Of a stretch of 45,254 nucleotides of DNA, positions 1-11,591 are shown in pieces (position 1 is the first letter of the stretch; every line of letters begins with the position of its first letter). Source of the DNA: Octopus sinensis (taxonomy: Eukaryota); the NCBI RefSeq assembly GCF_006345805.1, contig NW_021834854.1, forward strand, positions 1 through 45,254, given 5' to 3'. The notes below the pieces were generated by a model. That model did no database searches. It was not told the origin of the DNA and worked only from the letters and a program-made list of their open reading frames with translations. The translations under genes and the position numbers were made by a program.

Positions 1-252
1 TGAAACGTAAATCTGCAATAGCTCCATAATAACTACTGTCTCGGCTATAACCTTGGAGCCCTAGTAATCCGTTACAGCACTTACCTAGCGTACCTAGTCG
101 TTTAGATCGCCTGTGAACTAAACCCCATATTTTATAGATTTATATATATAATTAATAAAAATAGAAGAAACATAACAAGAAAAAAAAAAACAACTACGCA
201 AGGACATAGTTCATACAAAGTATTAGAATACGCTCAGCGAAGGAAAGAAATG

Positions 253-291
253 CAGTTTTACAATTCGAGCAAGGCTCGTTGTCAAAAACTG
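253..291 (-). ncRNA. Decayed minimal type I hammerhead-like motif
   Basis: Minus strand reads CAGTTT-TTGACAA-C-GAGC-CTT-GCTC-GAAT-TGT-A-AAACTG. Stem I (CAGTTT/AAACTG) and stem II (GAGC/GCTC) are intact. The core deviates from CUGANGA and GAAA at several positions, so it is probably inactive. Confidence 0.35.
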
Positions 292-654
292 GAGATGGAG
301 GAAAGTCCAAGAGAAAAGGAAGACGGAGGAAAGACTTGCCAACGATCCAAATTATATTGTGCACACACACACACGTATATATATATATATATATATATAT
401 AAATATCAGTAATGCAATACAAAGTATTGCCTTGCAGTAAAAAGTAGCCCGTGAGGGAAAAATACACAAATTAGTAAATAAATGGCACAACTAAGTACCG
501 ATATTACTGGAAATAGCGAACGTAAAAATACGACGCTAATGTGTAGCTTCACCGCGTACGTATTAGCAAAAATGTGTGTGTGCAACAAAATAGAAAAAAA
601 AACCGTCTTACCTCCAGGGGAAACATCTGAAAGATGAAACACCCGGAAAAGATA

Positions 655-733
655 ATATGGTACCTGCAGGTTTCAGGTTTTGCAAGAATATGTCTCTCAC
701 CCATATTTTTCTTTACCTTCTTCAGCCAAACAT
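655..733 (-). ncRNA. Type I hammerhead ribozyme (minus-strand copy)
   Basis: Minus strand: TGG-CTGAAGA-AGGT...AATATG/CATATT...ACCT-GAAA-CCTGCAGG-T-A-CCA. Core CUGAAGA/GAAA, stem II closed by AGGT/ACCT, stem III ACCTGCAGGT (palindrome), GUA cleavage triplet, stem I TGG/CCA. Confidence 0.8.
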
Positions 734-1196
734 ATACCAAGACGAAATCTACGATGTTACCACATTAATACTAACACACTCGACTGAAATACGGAACGCT
801 AACAGTACGAGAAACGGTGAAGAAGTTTCAACATATCAGTAATGCAATACAAAGTATTGCCTTCCAGTAAAAAGTAGCCCGTGAGGTAAGACGGTTTTTT
901 TTTCTCTATTTTGTTGCACACACGCATTTTTGCTAATACATACGCGGTGAAGCTACACATTAGCGTCGTATTTTTACGTTCGCTATTTCAAGTAAATATC
1001 GGTACTTAGTTGTGCCATTTATTTACTAATTTGTGTATTTTTCCCTCACGGGCTACTTTTTACTGGAAGGCAATATTTTGTATTGCAGTACTGATATTTT
1101 GAAACTTCTTCACCGTTTCTCGTACTGTTAGCGTTCCGTATTTCAGTCGAGTGTGTTAGTATTAATGTGGTAACATCGTAAATTTCGTCTTGGTAT

Positions 1197-1274
1197 ATGT
1201 TTGGCTGAAGAAGGTAAAGCAAAATATGGGTGAGAGACATATCTTGCAAAACCTGAAACCTGCAGGTACCACAT
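1197..1274 (+). ncRNA. Type I hammerhead ribozyme (plus-strand copy)
   Basis: CTGAAGA at 1205-1211. Stem II is AGGT(1212-15)/ACCT(1251-54) extended by GCAA/TTGC and ATATG/CATAT. GAAA at 1255-58, stem III ACCTGCAGGT at 1258-67, predicted cleavage after A1268 (GUA). Stem I is TGG/CCA plus ATG/CAT. Confidence 0.85.
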
Positions 1275-1464
1275 TATCCATTTTCCGGGTGTTTCATCTT
1301 TCAGATGTTCTCCCTGGAGGTAAGACGGTTTTTTTTTCTCTATTTTGTTGCACACCGCATTTTTGCTAATACATACGCGGTGAAGCTACACATTAGCGTC
1401 GTATTTTTACGTTCGCTATTTCCAGTAACTATCGGTACTTAGTTGTGCCATTTATTTACTAATT

Positions 1465-1498
<34 letters not shown>

Positions 1499-1499
<1 letters not shown>

Positions 1500-2668
1500 T
1501 AGCATTAAAGACCCCTCGTTGCCGGGTCATAGTGATAGTGCATGTATATATGTGTATATATATATGTGTACATATTACATGTACATCTATATATATACAT
1601 CTACACATAAAATACAAAATACAAAGTTATATCTTGATATCGCTAGTGATAACAATACTCAAAATATATAACAGACTGGAATTGTTAGCCTGTCACTTGT
1701 AATTTCGATCAATTGTATCTTGTCCTCCCACTTGTATAGAAATGTGGCTACAATCCAGCCTACCTCTACTTCGAGGTGGGGGGGGGTTGCCATTTAAAAT
1801 TTTTTTCAGGGACGTCCTACGTCCCAGATATAAAGGTAAAAATAAAATATTTCCACTTAGCAAGTTCGAGTCGAGTACTCTCTTGCACGATCCGTTGACT
1901 CGAACCTTGCTTCTATTGTGGCGAATTTAACGCCTCTGATTAGATACCTTTCATATTTGCACCAAGACACTTTTCGAAGGTGCTTTCCTCCATGCGTTCA
2001 AATATTCTTTTTTCTCTACATTGTATGCTTTATAGACAATAGTCTTTTTTTAAATCTAATTTTTTATTATCCATCTGAACTATTCCATTTCTGCACGCTA
2101 ATTTTATTTTTAATTTATTCCCATTCATGTGAAACCACTTATTCAAGTTCAAATCATTGATGCAATTTTATACCAATTGCTATTTTTACTTTTGTCATGT
2201 TTGATTTTAATTATTACTTACTACATATAATTCAATTGTTATTATTATTTTTATTGTTAAAGTGAAAGTATCTGACATAAAATAGAGAAACGTTTTTGTT
2301 TCTCTTTTAACACGTAATACTGAAATAGTGGAGAAGATATGATATTGCTATGGGCTCGCTCTAGGCAAGAAGTTGAACATTTTTTTGCCCATGAAACTAC
2401 ATGGACCCTAAGTAAGGCATGTGTAAAATTTGAATGGAATTGGTTGTGTTGTTCTCAAGTTTTAGAGAATCGTAGTGGAGAAGATATGATATTGCTGTGG
2501 GCTCGCCCTAGACAAAAAGTTCAAAATTTTTTTTGCCGATGACACTCCGCGGACCCTAAGTAAAACATGTGTAAATTTTGAATGAAATTAGTTGTGTAGT
2601 TCTCAAGTTTTAGAGAAACACACAGACAGACAGACAGACACACTTTCTCAGTTTTATATATATAAAGA
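1499..2668 (-). mobile_element. Non-autonomous Helitron-like element
   Basis: On the minus strand it begins A|TC and ends CTAG|T, with a GACCC..GGGTC hairpin ~8 nt before CTAG. Internal tandem repeat and (CAGA)n lie near the 5' end. No ORF. Confidence 0.75.
2326..2617. repeat. 147-bp tandem duplication inside the Helitron
   Basis: TAGTGGAGAAGATATGATATTGCT... starts at 2326 and again at 2473; both units end TTTAGAGAA. Confidence 0.9.
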
Positions 2669-3029
2669 TATAGCGTCATTAGGCGTCTATTTTTTCTAGG
2701 TCGTGGAGAGGATTATCGCCAATCCCTTGTTATAATTATGTTATATATATATATATTATATATATATATATAATATAGTAATATATATCGGTTTGTGTGT
2801 TTGTATATATGTATATGCACATAGATCCACTTACATTCATACATTTATACTTGTATGTGTGTGTGCATGTGTGCTTGTCTGTATGTGTATATGTGTATGT
2901 GTGTGTGAGTGTGTACGAGCCCGCGTGCGAGTGTAGAGCGACACAGTCCAGCAAGGGAAAGAAAGGTAAACAAAATGACCCTGCAGTTGCAAATTGTACT
3001 CTCTGTATGATGTTGTTATTATTATTATT

Positions 3030-3060
<31 letters not shown>

Positions 3061-3130
3061 CCATCACCACCATCATGATCATCAGCATCATCATCATCAT
3101 TATTACAATACTTTTTCAGAAATCCGAGTA

Positions 3131-3200
3131 CAGTAATCCCTCGACTATCGCGGGCGTTACGTTACAAAATCTCCCGTGATAGGTGAGAATCTGCGAAGTA
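3131..3200 (+). mobile_element. Solo terminal repeat of a pogo/Tigger-like DNA transposon
   Basis: TA|CAGTAATCCCTCGACTATCGCG resembles Tigger/pogo-type TIRs. No partner end was seen. Confidence 0.4.
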
Positions 3201-3258
3201 GAAACAGAGTTGTATAGTTTTAAAAAAATATTTTTACTATTTCTACATATTTGTACAT

Positions 3259-3609
3259 AGGCGTAGGAGTGGCTGTGTGGTAAGTAGCTTGCTTACGAAC
3301 TACATGGTTCCGGGTTCAGTCCCACTGCGTGGCACCTTGGGCAACTGTCTTCTGCTACAGCCTCGGGCCGACCAAAGGCTTGTGAGTGGATTTGGTAGAC
3401 GGAAACTGAAAGAAGCCCGTCGTATATATGCATACATATATGTATGTGTGTGTATATATTTGTGTGTTTGTGTTTGACCTCCCAACATCGCTTGACAACT
3501 GGTGTGTTTATGTCACCGTAACTTAGCGGTTCGGCTAAAGAGACCGATAGAATAAGTACAAGGCTAACAAAGAATAAGTCTTGGGGTCGATTTGCTCGAC
3601 CAAAGGCGG
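3259..3609 (+). mobile_element. tRNA-derived SINE, family 1
   Basis: A-box-like TGGCTGTGTGGTAAG and B-box-like GGTTCAGTCCC, with an internal microsatellite. Closely matches 39147-39520 and fragments at 8323, 33586 and 43095. Confidence 0.85.
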
Positions 3610-3654
3610 AGGTTCGCTCAATCTGGAATACCTTGGGATTAAACATGTAAAATT

Positions 3655-3830
3655 GTTGGCGTTGGATAAAAGAAAATAGAGGAGGATCAGTTAATTATGA
3701 TTTTATGCAATGAATTTCCCTCTCCGCCTCACACATACATTGCAGCGGTTCTTCAGCTATTCTAGGCCCAGTAAAAGAACTAGGAAGGTTGGCTCTCCAT
3801 CCAGACCCTTCACGAAACCCTTAAAACTAG
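3655..3830 (+). repeat. Unclassified dispersed repeat
   Basis: TTGGATAAAAGAAAATA...AATTATGATTTTAT...ATTGCAG(C/A)GGTTCTTCAG is shared with 39637-39678 plus 40053-40150, where the second Helitron splits the copy. Confidence 0.55.
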
Positions 3831-4139
3831 TAACATTTTAGTATCCCCTCGTATATATATGTGTGTGTGTGTGTTAATTATTAGCGGTGGAATCAGAATT
3901 GATAACAAAAGGTAATCTGTATAGTTAACTGAAATCGTATGCCCTGTGTGAACACCGAATTTGCCTTGAGAGGTATTTTCCTTTAGGTACTTGGTGCACA
4001 AATGCACACACAGAGATCACAACAGACAGCAAACGAAAATCGTCCATCAACATCATGGGCGCATGGTATATATATATATATATACGTATAAAAATACATG
4101 TATGCATACATGTACCTCTCTCTTCCTCTCTCTGTCTGC

Positions 4140-4178
<39 letters not shown>

Positions 4179-4547
4179 CAGAGGGAGAGAGATAGGAAGA
4201 GAGAGGTACACATACATTTGATTTTTTTCCAACGTTTATATATAAATATTTTTTAAGTAAATGAATAAAATTAGAACACCGTAAGACATCGATAATCGTA
4301 TATTAGTAACTTTTTTAACTCGGAGTGGTGATGTTCATAGATTTCAGTAGGTGGAGTTTTTGCTTTTATGAGTATAAAGCAACATAGAGTAATTATATGT
4401 GCGTATAATTATGTGTATGCAGGTTGTGTATGTGTGTGTATGTGTGTGTGTTATAAGTAATGCTGATATTGACCGGCCGAGAAGCATATATTTATACATA
4501 TAGATTCATATACATATATATATAGATAACATTTATATACACACATA

Positions 4548-4597
<50 letters not shown>

Positions 4598-5047
4598 TAT
4601 ATAGTATGTATATATATTATCTATGTATACATATGTATATAAATATATATATATATATATTTCAAGAAAGTTTAAGTTTATGAATTCAGCCAACTAAGGG
4701 ATAATATCTATCCAATATACTGCTGGTAGAATACCCAATTATTAATACTCAAGTGTGTTTTTGTTGCATTGCAATTAGATTACCGAGTGTACTAAATTGG
4801 TGAAGGTAAACAGTTATTTTACCCTTAATTTATAGAGCAATAAGAATATGGAGGGGATCAATAGGTGGTATTCATCAACATTTAGATATTATATTATGTC
4901 AATTTATTTATTTACTAAAAGGCCAATTATAACAATATCCATACATGTATAACATATTATGCTTTACATATATTATAATATTATAGTATATAAAGATATC
5001 AGTAATTATTAAAATGTATAAGATCCAGGAATCGAAATTAGGATAGT

Positions 5048-5173
5048 ATCTTACAGCTGTTTCAGCTAAGAGGCAGAAAAATACCTCATTCTACATTTAT
5101 ACCTCCAGTAGACTTAAGTAATTTGTAGATGAAATTGAGGTACATGGGTGTTTCTCTAGGCTTCGTCAGAGAT
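5048..5173 (-). ncRNA. Type I hammerhead-like ribozyme with long stem II
   Basis: Minus strand: ATCT-CTGACGA-AGC...GCT-GAAA-CAGCTG-T-A-AGAT. Stem II continues as AGAG/CTCT, TACCTCA/TGAGGTA and TCTACA/TGTAGA. Stem III is the palindrome ACAGCTGT; cleavage triplet GUA. Confidence 0.7.
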
Positions 5174-5591
5174 TTTAGAAAGTAAATAAGGTTATGTTAT
5201 AAATATAAATACACAGACATATACATATTTATACATATACATACATATACATCAATATACATAAATATATATATATATACCTACGCTTAAATGTACATGC
5301 ATGTTTGTATGTATATGCATACAAAAGAATCAATTATCATTATTATTATTATTATTGTTATTATTATTATTAGATTATTCATATTAGATAAAATATAAAC
5401 AGAGGTTCTGAGAAACTTATAAGAGGAGTAATATTGTGATTTATAAAATCTATGTATCTTAAAGTTATTTTAGTTATGTAAGAATAAAACTGCATACACA
5501 TGAGGAACAAACATATATATATATATACACAGACATATAGATATGTATATATGTATATATATATATACATATATATACATATATATATATA

Positions 5592-5708
5592 TCACGTGAT
5601 CACGTGACCGACCAGACCATCAGATGTTGTTACACATTGCTGGTCACAATGCGTTCGATTGTTTTAGCCTTCGAATGACGCCACCCCGCTGGCTAAGCGA
5701 GCAGGCAA
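5592..5708 (-). mobile_element. 5'-truncated SINE family 2 copy in (TA)n
   Basis: Reverse complement of the 3' part of 27230-27506, ending in TCACGTGATCACGTGA. (TA)n lies on both sides. Confidence 0.85.
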
Positions 5709-6414
5709 TATATATATATATACATATATAATTCGTCTCAAACATACTCATAGGTACATATGTATTAGATGTATTTAGAAGGGAGGATTAATGCAGTACT
5801 TTATATCATTATAATTATATAATATAACTATAGACATTGATTATGACAATAATACACAGACTTATATATATTTTTCATATAAACATGTGATATGTTTATT
5901 TCTCCGTTATTTGTTTCTTTACAGATACACACACACACACACACAACACACACACACACATATATATATATATATTATATATATATACACACACAAATAT
6001 ATTTCTGGATATGAAATATATATTCAATATGTTTATAATCCACAAACATGATGTTCACAGATAACCACCAGACTTCCTTTTCGTTATCTATCCTTTCTGT
6101 TTTGCATATGTGAATTTCCACTTGTGGAAAATAGAAATAAGCATTCTTGACTGCGATTTCTATTTTTTCGGTATGCGGTCAAGCAACCTGTTGCCTGTCC
6201 CTTTTTTCCTTATATACAAAATATATATACTGAACTTTACAGAAGTTCCTACCGTTAATCGGCTATATTTACATGCCGAATTCTACCAGTAAATAATTGT
6301 GGTCTTTTTTTAAAAACCATTATAGAAATTATTTACTCTTATTATTATATTACACACAAAATATATATGCTATATATATATAATATATACATAAATATTT
6401 ATATACATATATAT

Positions 6415-6448
<34 letters not shown>

Positions 6449-6462
6449 ATGTATATATATAA

Positions 6463-6625
6463 AAACAATTTATAGGCAAGGGCGAAAGAAAAAAATCTAA
6501 TGCCAAAATATGCCGAAAAGAGACGTAACGTGATTAACCATGTAACCATTTTGGCATTAGAAATTTTGGCAATAACCATTTTGGCATTAGGAATTTTTTC
6601 TTTTGCCCTTACTTATAAATTGTTT
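6463..6625. mobile_element. MITE-like foldback element
   Basis: ~47-bp imperfect inverted arms at 6463-6509 and 6578-6625, with an internal 18-bp direct repeat TAACCATTTTGGCATTAG. Confidence 0.7.
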
Positions 6626-7289
6626 ATAAATTTAACCTTTAAAGGTATTTTTTAATATGCTGGCCATTGATAGAATTTTTTTCGAAAAATTTTATCCTAC
6701 ATTAGATCTTAATTTTACGTATATATATATATATGTGTGTGTGTGTGTTTACATATAGATATAGGTATATATATACACATATGTATGCATATATATATGT
6801 ATATATGCATATATATGTATATATGTACATATGTATACATATATACATGCATATATATATGTACACATATATATATTTATATAATTATACATGTAAATAT
6901 ATGTATACATTCTATATATATATATAATTATATGTATATATATATATATATATAATTATATGTATGTATATATATATACATATAAGTATGTATGTATATA
7001 TATATATATATATATTATGTATGTATGTATATATATATATATACATAGATATATATATATACATATATATATATATGTAATTAATATATATATATATTAT
7101 ATGTACATATTATATATATATATATACATATAATTATAATATATATTATATATATATATGTATATATATATAATATAATATATATATAATATATATATAT
7201 ATATGTACATATATATATGTATATATATATATATGTATATATATATGTATATATATATATATACATATATATACATACATATATATATA

Positions 7290-7500
7290 GGTGATCTGGC
7301 AGAAACGTCTGCACGCCGGGCGAAATGCTTAGCCGCATTTCCTCTGTCATTACGTTCTCAGTTCAAATTCCACCGAATTCGACATCGCTTCTATCTTTTC
7401 CGGGTCGATAAATTAAGTACTAGTTGCTTAATGGGATCGGTCTAATCTACTGGCCCCCTACTCCACAAATTTCGGCCCTTGTGCCTAGAGTTGAAAAGAA
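7290..7500 (+). mobile_element. tRNA-derived SINE, family 3
   Basis: Head CTGGCAGAAACG..GCACGCCGGGCGAAATGCTTAG, B-box-like AGTTCAAATTCC, central ..CTTTTCCGGGTCGATAAATTAAGTAC. Many homologues occur in the window. Confidence 0.8.
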
Positions 7501-7600
7501 TTAATATATATAAATGTGTGTGAGTGTGTACACACGTATATCATTACCTTCATTAACTCTACAACATGGGTTGCTGATTTTCATGTTTTTAATTTACATA

Positions 7601-7643
<43 letters not shown>

Positions 7644-7667
7644 TCACACACACACACATATATATAC

Positions 7668-7698
<31 letters not shown>

Positions 7699-8322
7699 CG
7701 CAAATACACAGACGCACTCCGACCCATGTACGACCCGGCGGCACACTTACCACGCACATGTAAACCTTAATACACATATAGATATATGCATGTATATACA
7801 TGTGTGTGTGTGTGTTATGTGTAAGTATACATATGTATGCATATACATATTAGTCCCTTCTTGATGGTCCTCCTCTCTCTCTCTCTCTTTTTTCTTTCCT
7901 TTCTCCTAACAAATATACATTAGCAAATCACTCGTACATGTTGTGCACTAGTTATAATGTTATTGCATCGATTCGACATTTATTGTTCATATTACTTGCC
8001 AGTTCGCTGGTTAGTCACATTGCTAATATTTGCAATCACATCGTTACTAATCAGTAAGAGTCAACAAGTGTGCAGAAGCTTTGTCAATAATACCTGTGGT
8101 AATTTATATGCCTCACCGTATAAACTTCCGTTTAAGCTACATAACAAAACCTAAATTGGCGTATGTTGCTGAAGAAGTTTCACCTTTTATAAATTAAATT
8201 TTCAAACGACTTGAAAAAAATTCACGGCTCCAGTCGAGTCGTCCATTACTGTTATTTGTACGTAAAATTACGACCTCTCTGTGAACAGTAATAGAGGTCT
8301 GTTTATATATATATATATATAT

Positions 8323-8478
8323 AACGGTATTCTTTTAGTTTTCGTCTACCGCATCTTACAAGAGTTTTATAGGCCTCAGGGCTTAAATAGAAGACTGTTA
8401 CTCATGGTGCCACGCAGTGGAACTGAACCTGAAACCGTGTACTAGGGAAGCGAACTTTTTATCACACTGCCACGTCTG
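8323..8478 (-). mobile_element. SINE family 1, 5' fragment
   Basis: Reverse complement of the head of 3259-3420 (GGTTCAGTTCCACTGCGTGGCACC). Confidence 0.7.
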
Positions 8479-9194
8479 AGCTTATACTAGTGATGACCTT
8501 TCATATCATAAACTATAAGCAATGATTTGATACCGAAATGTAGAATCAGGACCAGCGATTTGTCTCGAACTATCTTCAGTCTCTTACCCGAGTATTTAAC
8601 ATCAGTAATTTCATTAAAATTCAGTTGTCATTCTCACTTATGAAATTAAGTGATATAAACTTGTGATTTTTGAAAGTATTCTAACTGCTAGAAATAACAT
8701 TTATTTACGATTTGTTGTAAGAGGCGTTAAGTAATTAAGTGGATAATTGCTTCGAGGTGTTAATATTCGTAAAAGAAAAGAAGAAAAAGAAATCAATTTA
8801 AATGCTTTTTAAACGACATTAATGAATACCGTATAGTACAACATGCGCAAGAAAATCTCAGGAATAAATATCATAGGTGCATTAATTTAGTATTAAAAAA
8901 TAATTAGATAAAGACCTAAAATATATTTATTGATATCAATACTGTATCTAATCCAATAATGATAAAGTATAATAATTATTATAAGAATGCAGGAGAAGTG
9001 AATTAACAAATTTAGATGGGAACTTCAGAAACTATTTACAATAATCGAAATATATATCACTTTAAGAGTGTAGCTGTGATGAAGGGGTTCTGTGACAAAA
9101 AATTATTTTGAATGTATGGTGAGATTAGAAAACGTTGTGGTGAAATTAATTAAAAAATAATTACCATCACGAATATAATATTCAACTATTAACT

Positions 9195-9835
9195 GAGTTC
9201 AGAACGTTACGAGTTCAAATTCTGCCGAGGGCAATTTTGCGTTTCGTCTATTCGGAGCTGAGGAAATAACTAGTTCAAATTCTGTGAAGGTGGACTTAGC
9301 CTTTCATCCCTTCACGGTTAATCAGTTGACTACCAGTTGAGCACTGACGTCAATGTAATGGACATGCTACTTCCCATCCAAATATTTCAGACCTTGTGTC
9401 TATAAAAGAAACGACTTTTTGTTTTTAATATGATCTGAGTTCAAACTCTGCCGAGGGCGATTTTGCGTTGAGCATTGGGGTTGACATAATCGACTAATCC
9501 TCTCCACCTATATTGCTGTGTGTGGGACAAAATTTAAAACCATTATCTGTGTTCAGCACGGTTTTACCTTTCATATGAAATAAATACCAGTTGAGGACTG
9601 TGACTGGTGTGATTGACTGGCACTCTTATACTCCAAAATGTTGAGCCTTGTACCACTGATAGAAAAGATTATCTGTTCACTACGATCTCAATTCAAATTC
9701 CGCCGTCGTCGACTTTGGTTTTCCTCTATTTGGAGTGGATGAAATAATCACCAGTTGGTGACTGCGGTCAATGTAATCGTCGAGACATCTCCCACCAAAA
9801 ACATCGAGGCCTTGTGTCTTAAATAGAAAGGGTTC
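9195..9835 (+). repeat. Degenerate tandem array of headless SINE family 3 bodies
   Basis: Repeated (GA)GTTCAAAT/ACTC(T/C)GCC starts near 9212, 9273, 9437 and 9690, followed by CCAGTTG/GCACTG and GCCTTGT..AGAAA modules. No A-box heads. Confidence 0.65.
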
Positions 9836-10037
9836 TCTGTTTTAAGCAGGGCCAAGAAATCTAAAGCAGAACTTCAGGCTCATCGGATAAAGAATCAGTC
9901 CAAACAGCAAAATCATAGAAGAATAAAAAGAAAACATACACAATTGAAAAAATCTCTAAAACCAGGTTTCCAAAATGCTGTGATAAAAACATCGGCGTTG
10001 AAAATTCCTACATATCCACAAGACTACCTTAAGCAAG

Positions 10038-10094
<57 letters not shown>

Positions 10095-10417
10095 ATAAAA
10101 TGAAAGTGAGCGAGATGGAGAGTCGAATTTAAGATTAAAAAATTAAGGTTTAGAAAGTAGGCATTAAATGCAGTATTCAAACCCTATTCCTTGATAAGAT
10201 CCAGGTAGTGTGTTTGACAAGCACATTTCCGACTTATAGCTACCACACGTCATCAGGGATACTGCGCGTTCGTTTTGGGATCTACATCCGGAATCCCAAG
10301 GTGCACGTAGGGTATTTTTAAAAAAAGAAATAATACAGAAGACGGAGTGAAGAGGCATTCATTAGTGCAACAGCCTTTTCGATTTCATATTGCACTGCTC
10401 CCTATTGAGCGTGGAAC

Positions 10418-10601
10418 GATGCAATAACACCACATACAATGCACAGTGCAAAAGAGCCTCTTCAGGTAACGTAATATGCTTCGCGAAATTTACATTTCGA
10501 ATTCGCTTCAAGCTATATGGTGAGAAATTCTAGCAGTTCAAGTCTCGTGAAACATGAAAAGGTACTTTTGCACCGTGCATTGCATCAGGTGTTAATGCAT
10601 C
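10418..10601. repeat. 45-bp imperfect inverted repeat
   Basis: GATGCAATAACACC..GTGCAAAAGAGCCTCTT (10418-10462) matches the reverse complement of 10557-10601. A 15-bp tandem duplication follows at 10602-10631. Confidence 0.75.
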
Positions 10602-11193
10602 ATGCCATGCCCACTTATGCCATGCCCACTTATTTTATGCTTAAATATAGCTAGGGACTAGTCCTCTTCACAAATGGTGACAGTATTCAATTTGGCGAAG
10701 AACTGAATTAGTAACAAGCTCAGAAATATGCTGCGTGTGAGTAAATTGCGGCCTTAAGAGTTTTATTCAACCACTACCGTAGTTGAATGATATATAGATA
10801 TATATATTTGTATGTATATATAGAGTTACAACTATACCCGGCTATTACCAGTAAAGGTTTGCGTTGCCAATTCTGTACAAGACATTGTAGAACTTTGGCT
10901 GGGCTAAAATGTCACATTCGATCACAGCACCAGTAACAGTTAAGCTTCGTGCAATGGTCATACTCGATAACGAGGGGGCAGCCATAATATATATATGTAA
11001 GTACATACATATATGTATATATATGTGTATGTATGTATTATATGATATATATCTATATAATAATATAATATTATATATATATATATACATGTGTGTGTAT
11101 AATTATGTATACATATACATTTATATATATAGATATATTTATATGCATATGTATGTGTATGTATATATATATGTGTGCGTGGTGTGTGTGTGT

Positions 11194-11231
<38 letters not shown>

Positions 11232-11591
11232 TGTGTGTGTGTGTGTGCTTATATACCCAATTCGTGGGCAATACGTCATTTATTTAATTAAAATAACGGG
11301 CCCATCATCACCAGAAATCATAAGAAGAAGAGCAATGAAGAAACAGAAAATTAGGTAGAGGATTAAAATAATGAGGGTGGGGATGAGGAGGGAGAAAAGG
11401 GTACGGAGAAGATGGTGATGACGGTAAAGTTGAGAATACTAATGTACATATAATATCGGTTTCAAATTCTGGCGCAATGTCAGTAATTTGAGGTGGGTGT
11501 GGTTTAAGAATATAAAAATCTTCACGATAGTGTAGGACATTATTCATATTGAAAAATATGAAGACACTACAAAATTAGCACTCTTACTTAC

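Larger units (their letters stand above)
403..1467. mobile_element. Hammerhead-bearing ~430-bp repeat (retrozyme / Penelope pseudo-LTR-like) in permuted, inverted arrangement
   Basis: Segments A(403-455) B(456-611) C(612-832) A(833-885), then reverse complements B'(886-1044) A'(1045-1097) C'(1098-1319) B'(1320-1467). The period is ~430-434 bp and (TA)n flanks both sides. C contains a hammerhead. Confidence 0.72.

Noticed and set aside
10205-10265. CTGATGA..GGAAA..GTC on the minus strand
   Set aside because: Stems I and III do not pair convincingly; at most a heavily decayed hammerhead.
10680-10742. Possible exon ending at a perfect GTGAGT donor
   Set aside because: The acceptor is poor, the peptide is unrecognisable, and no supporting neighbouring exons were found.
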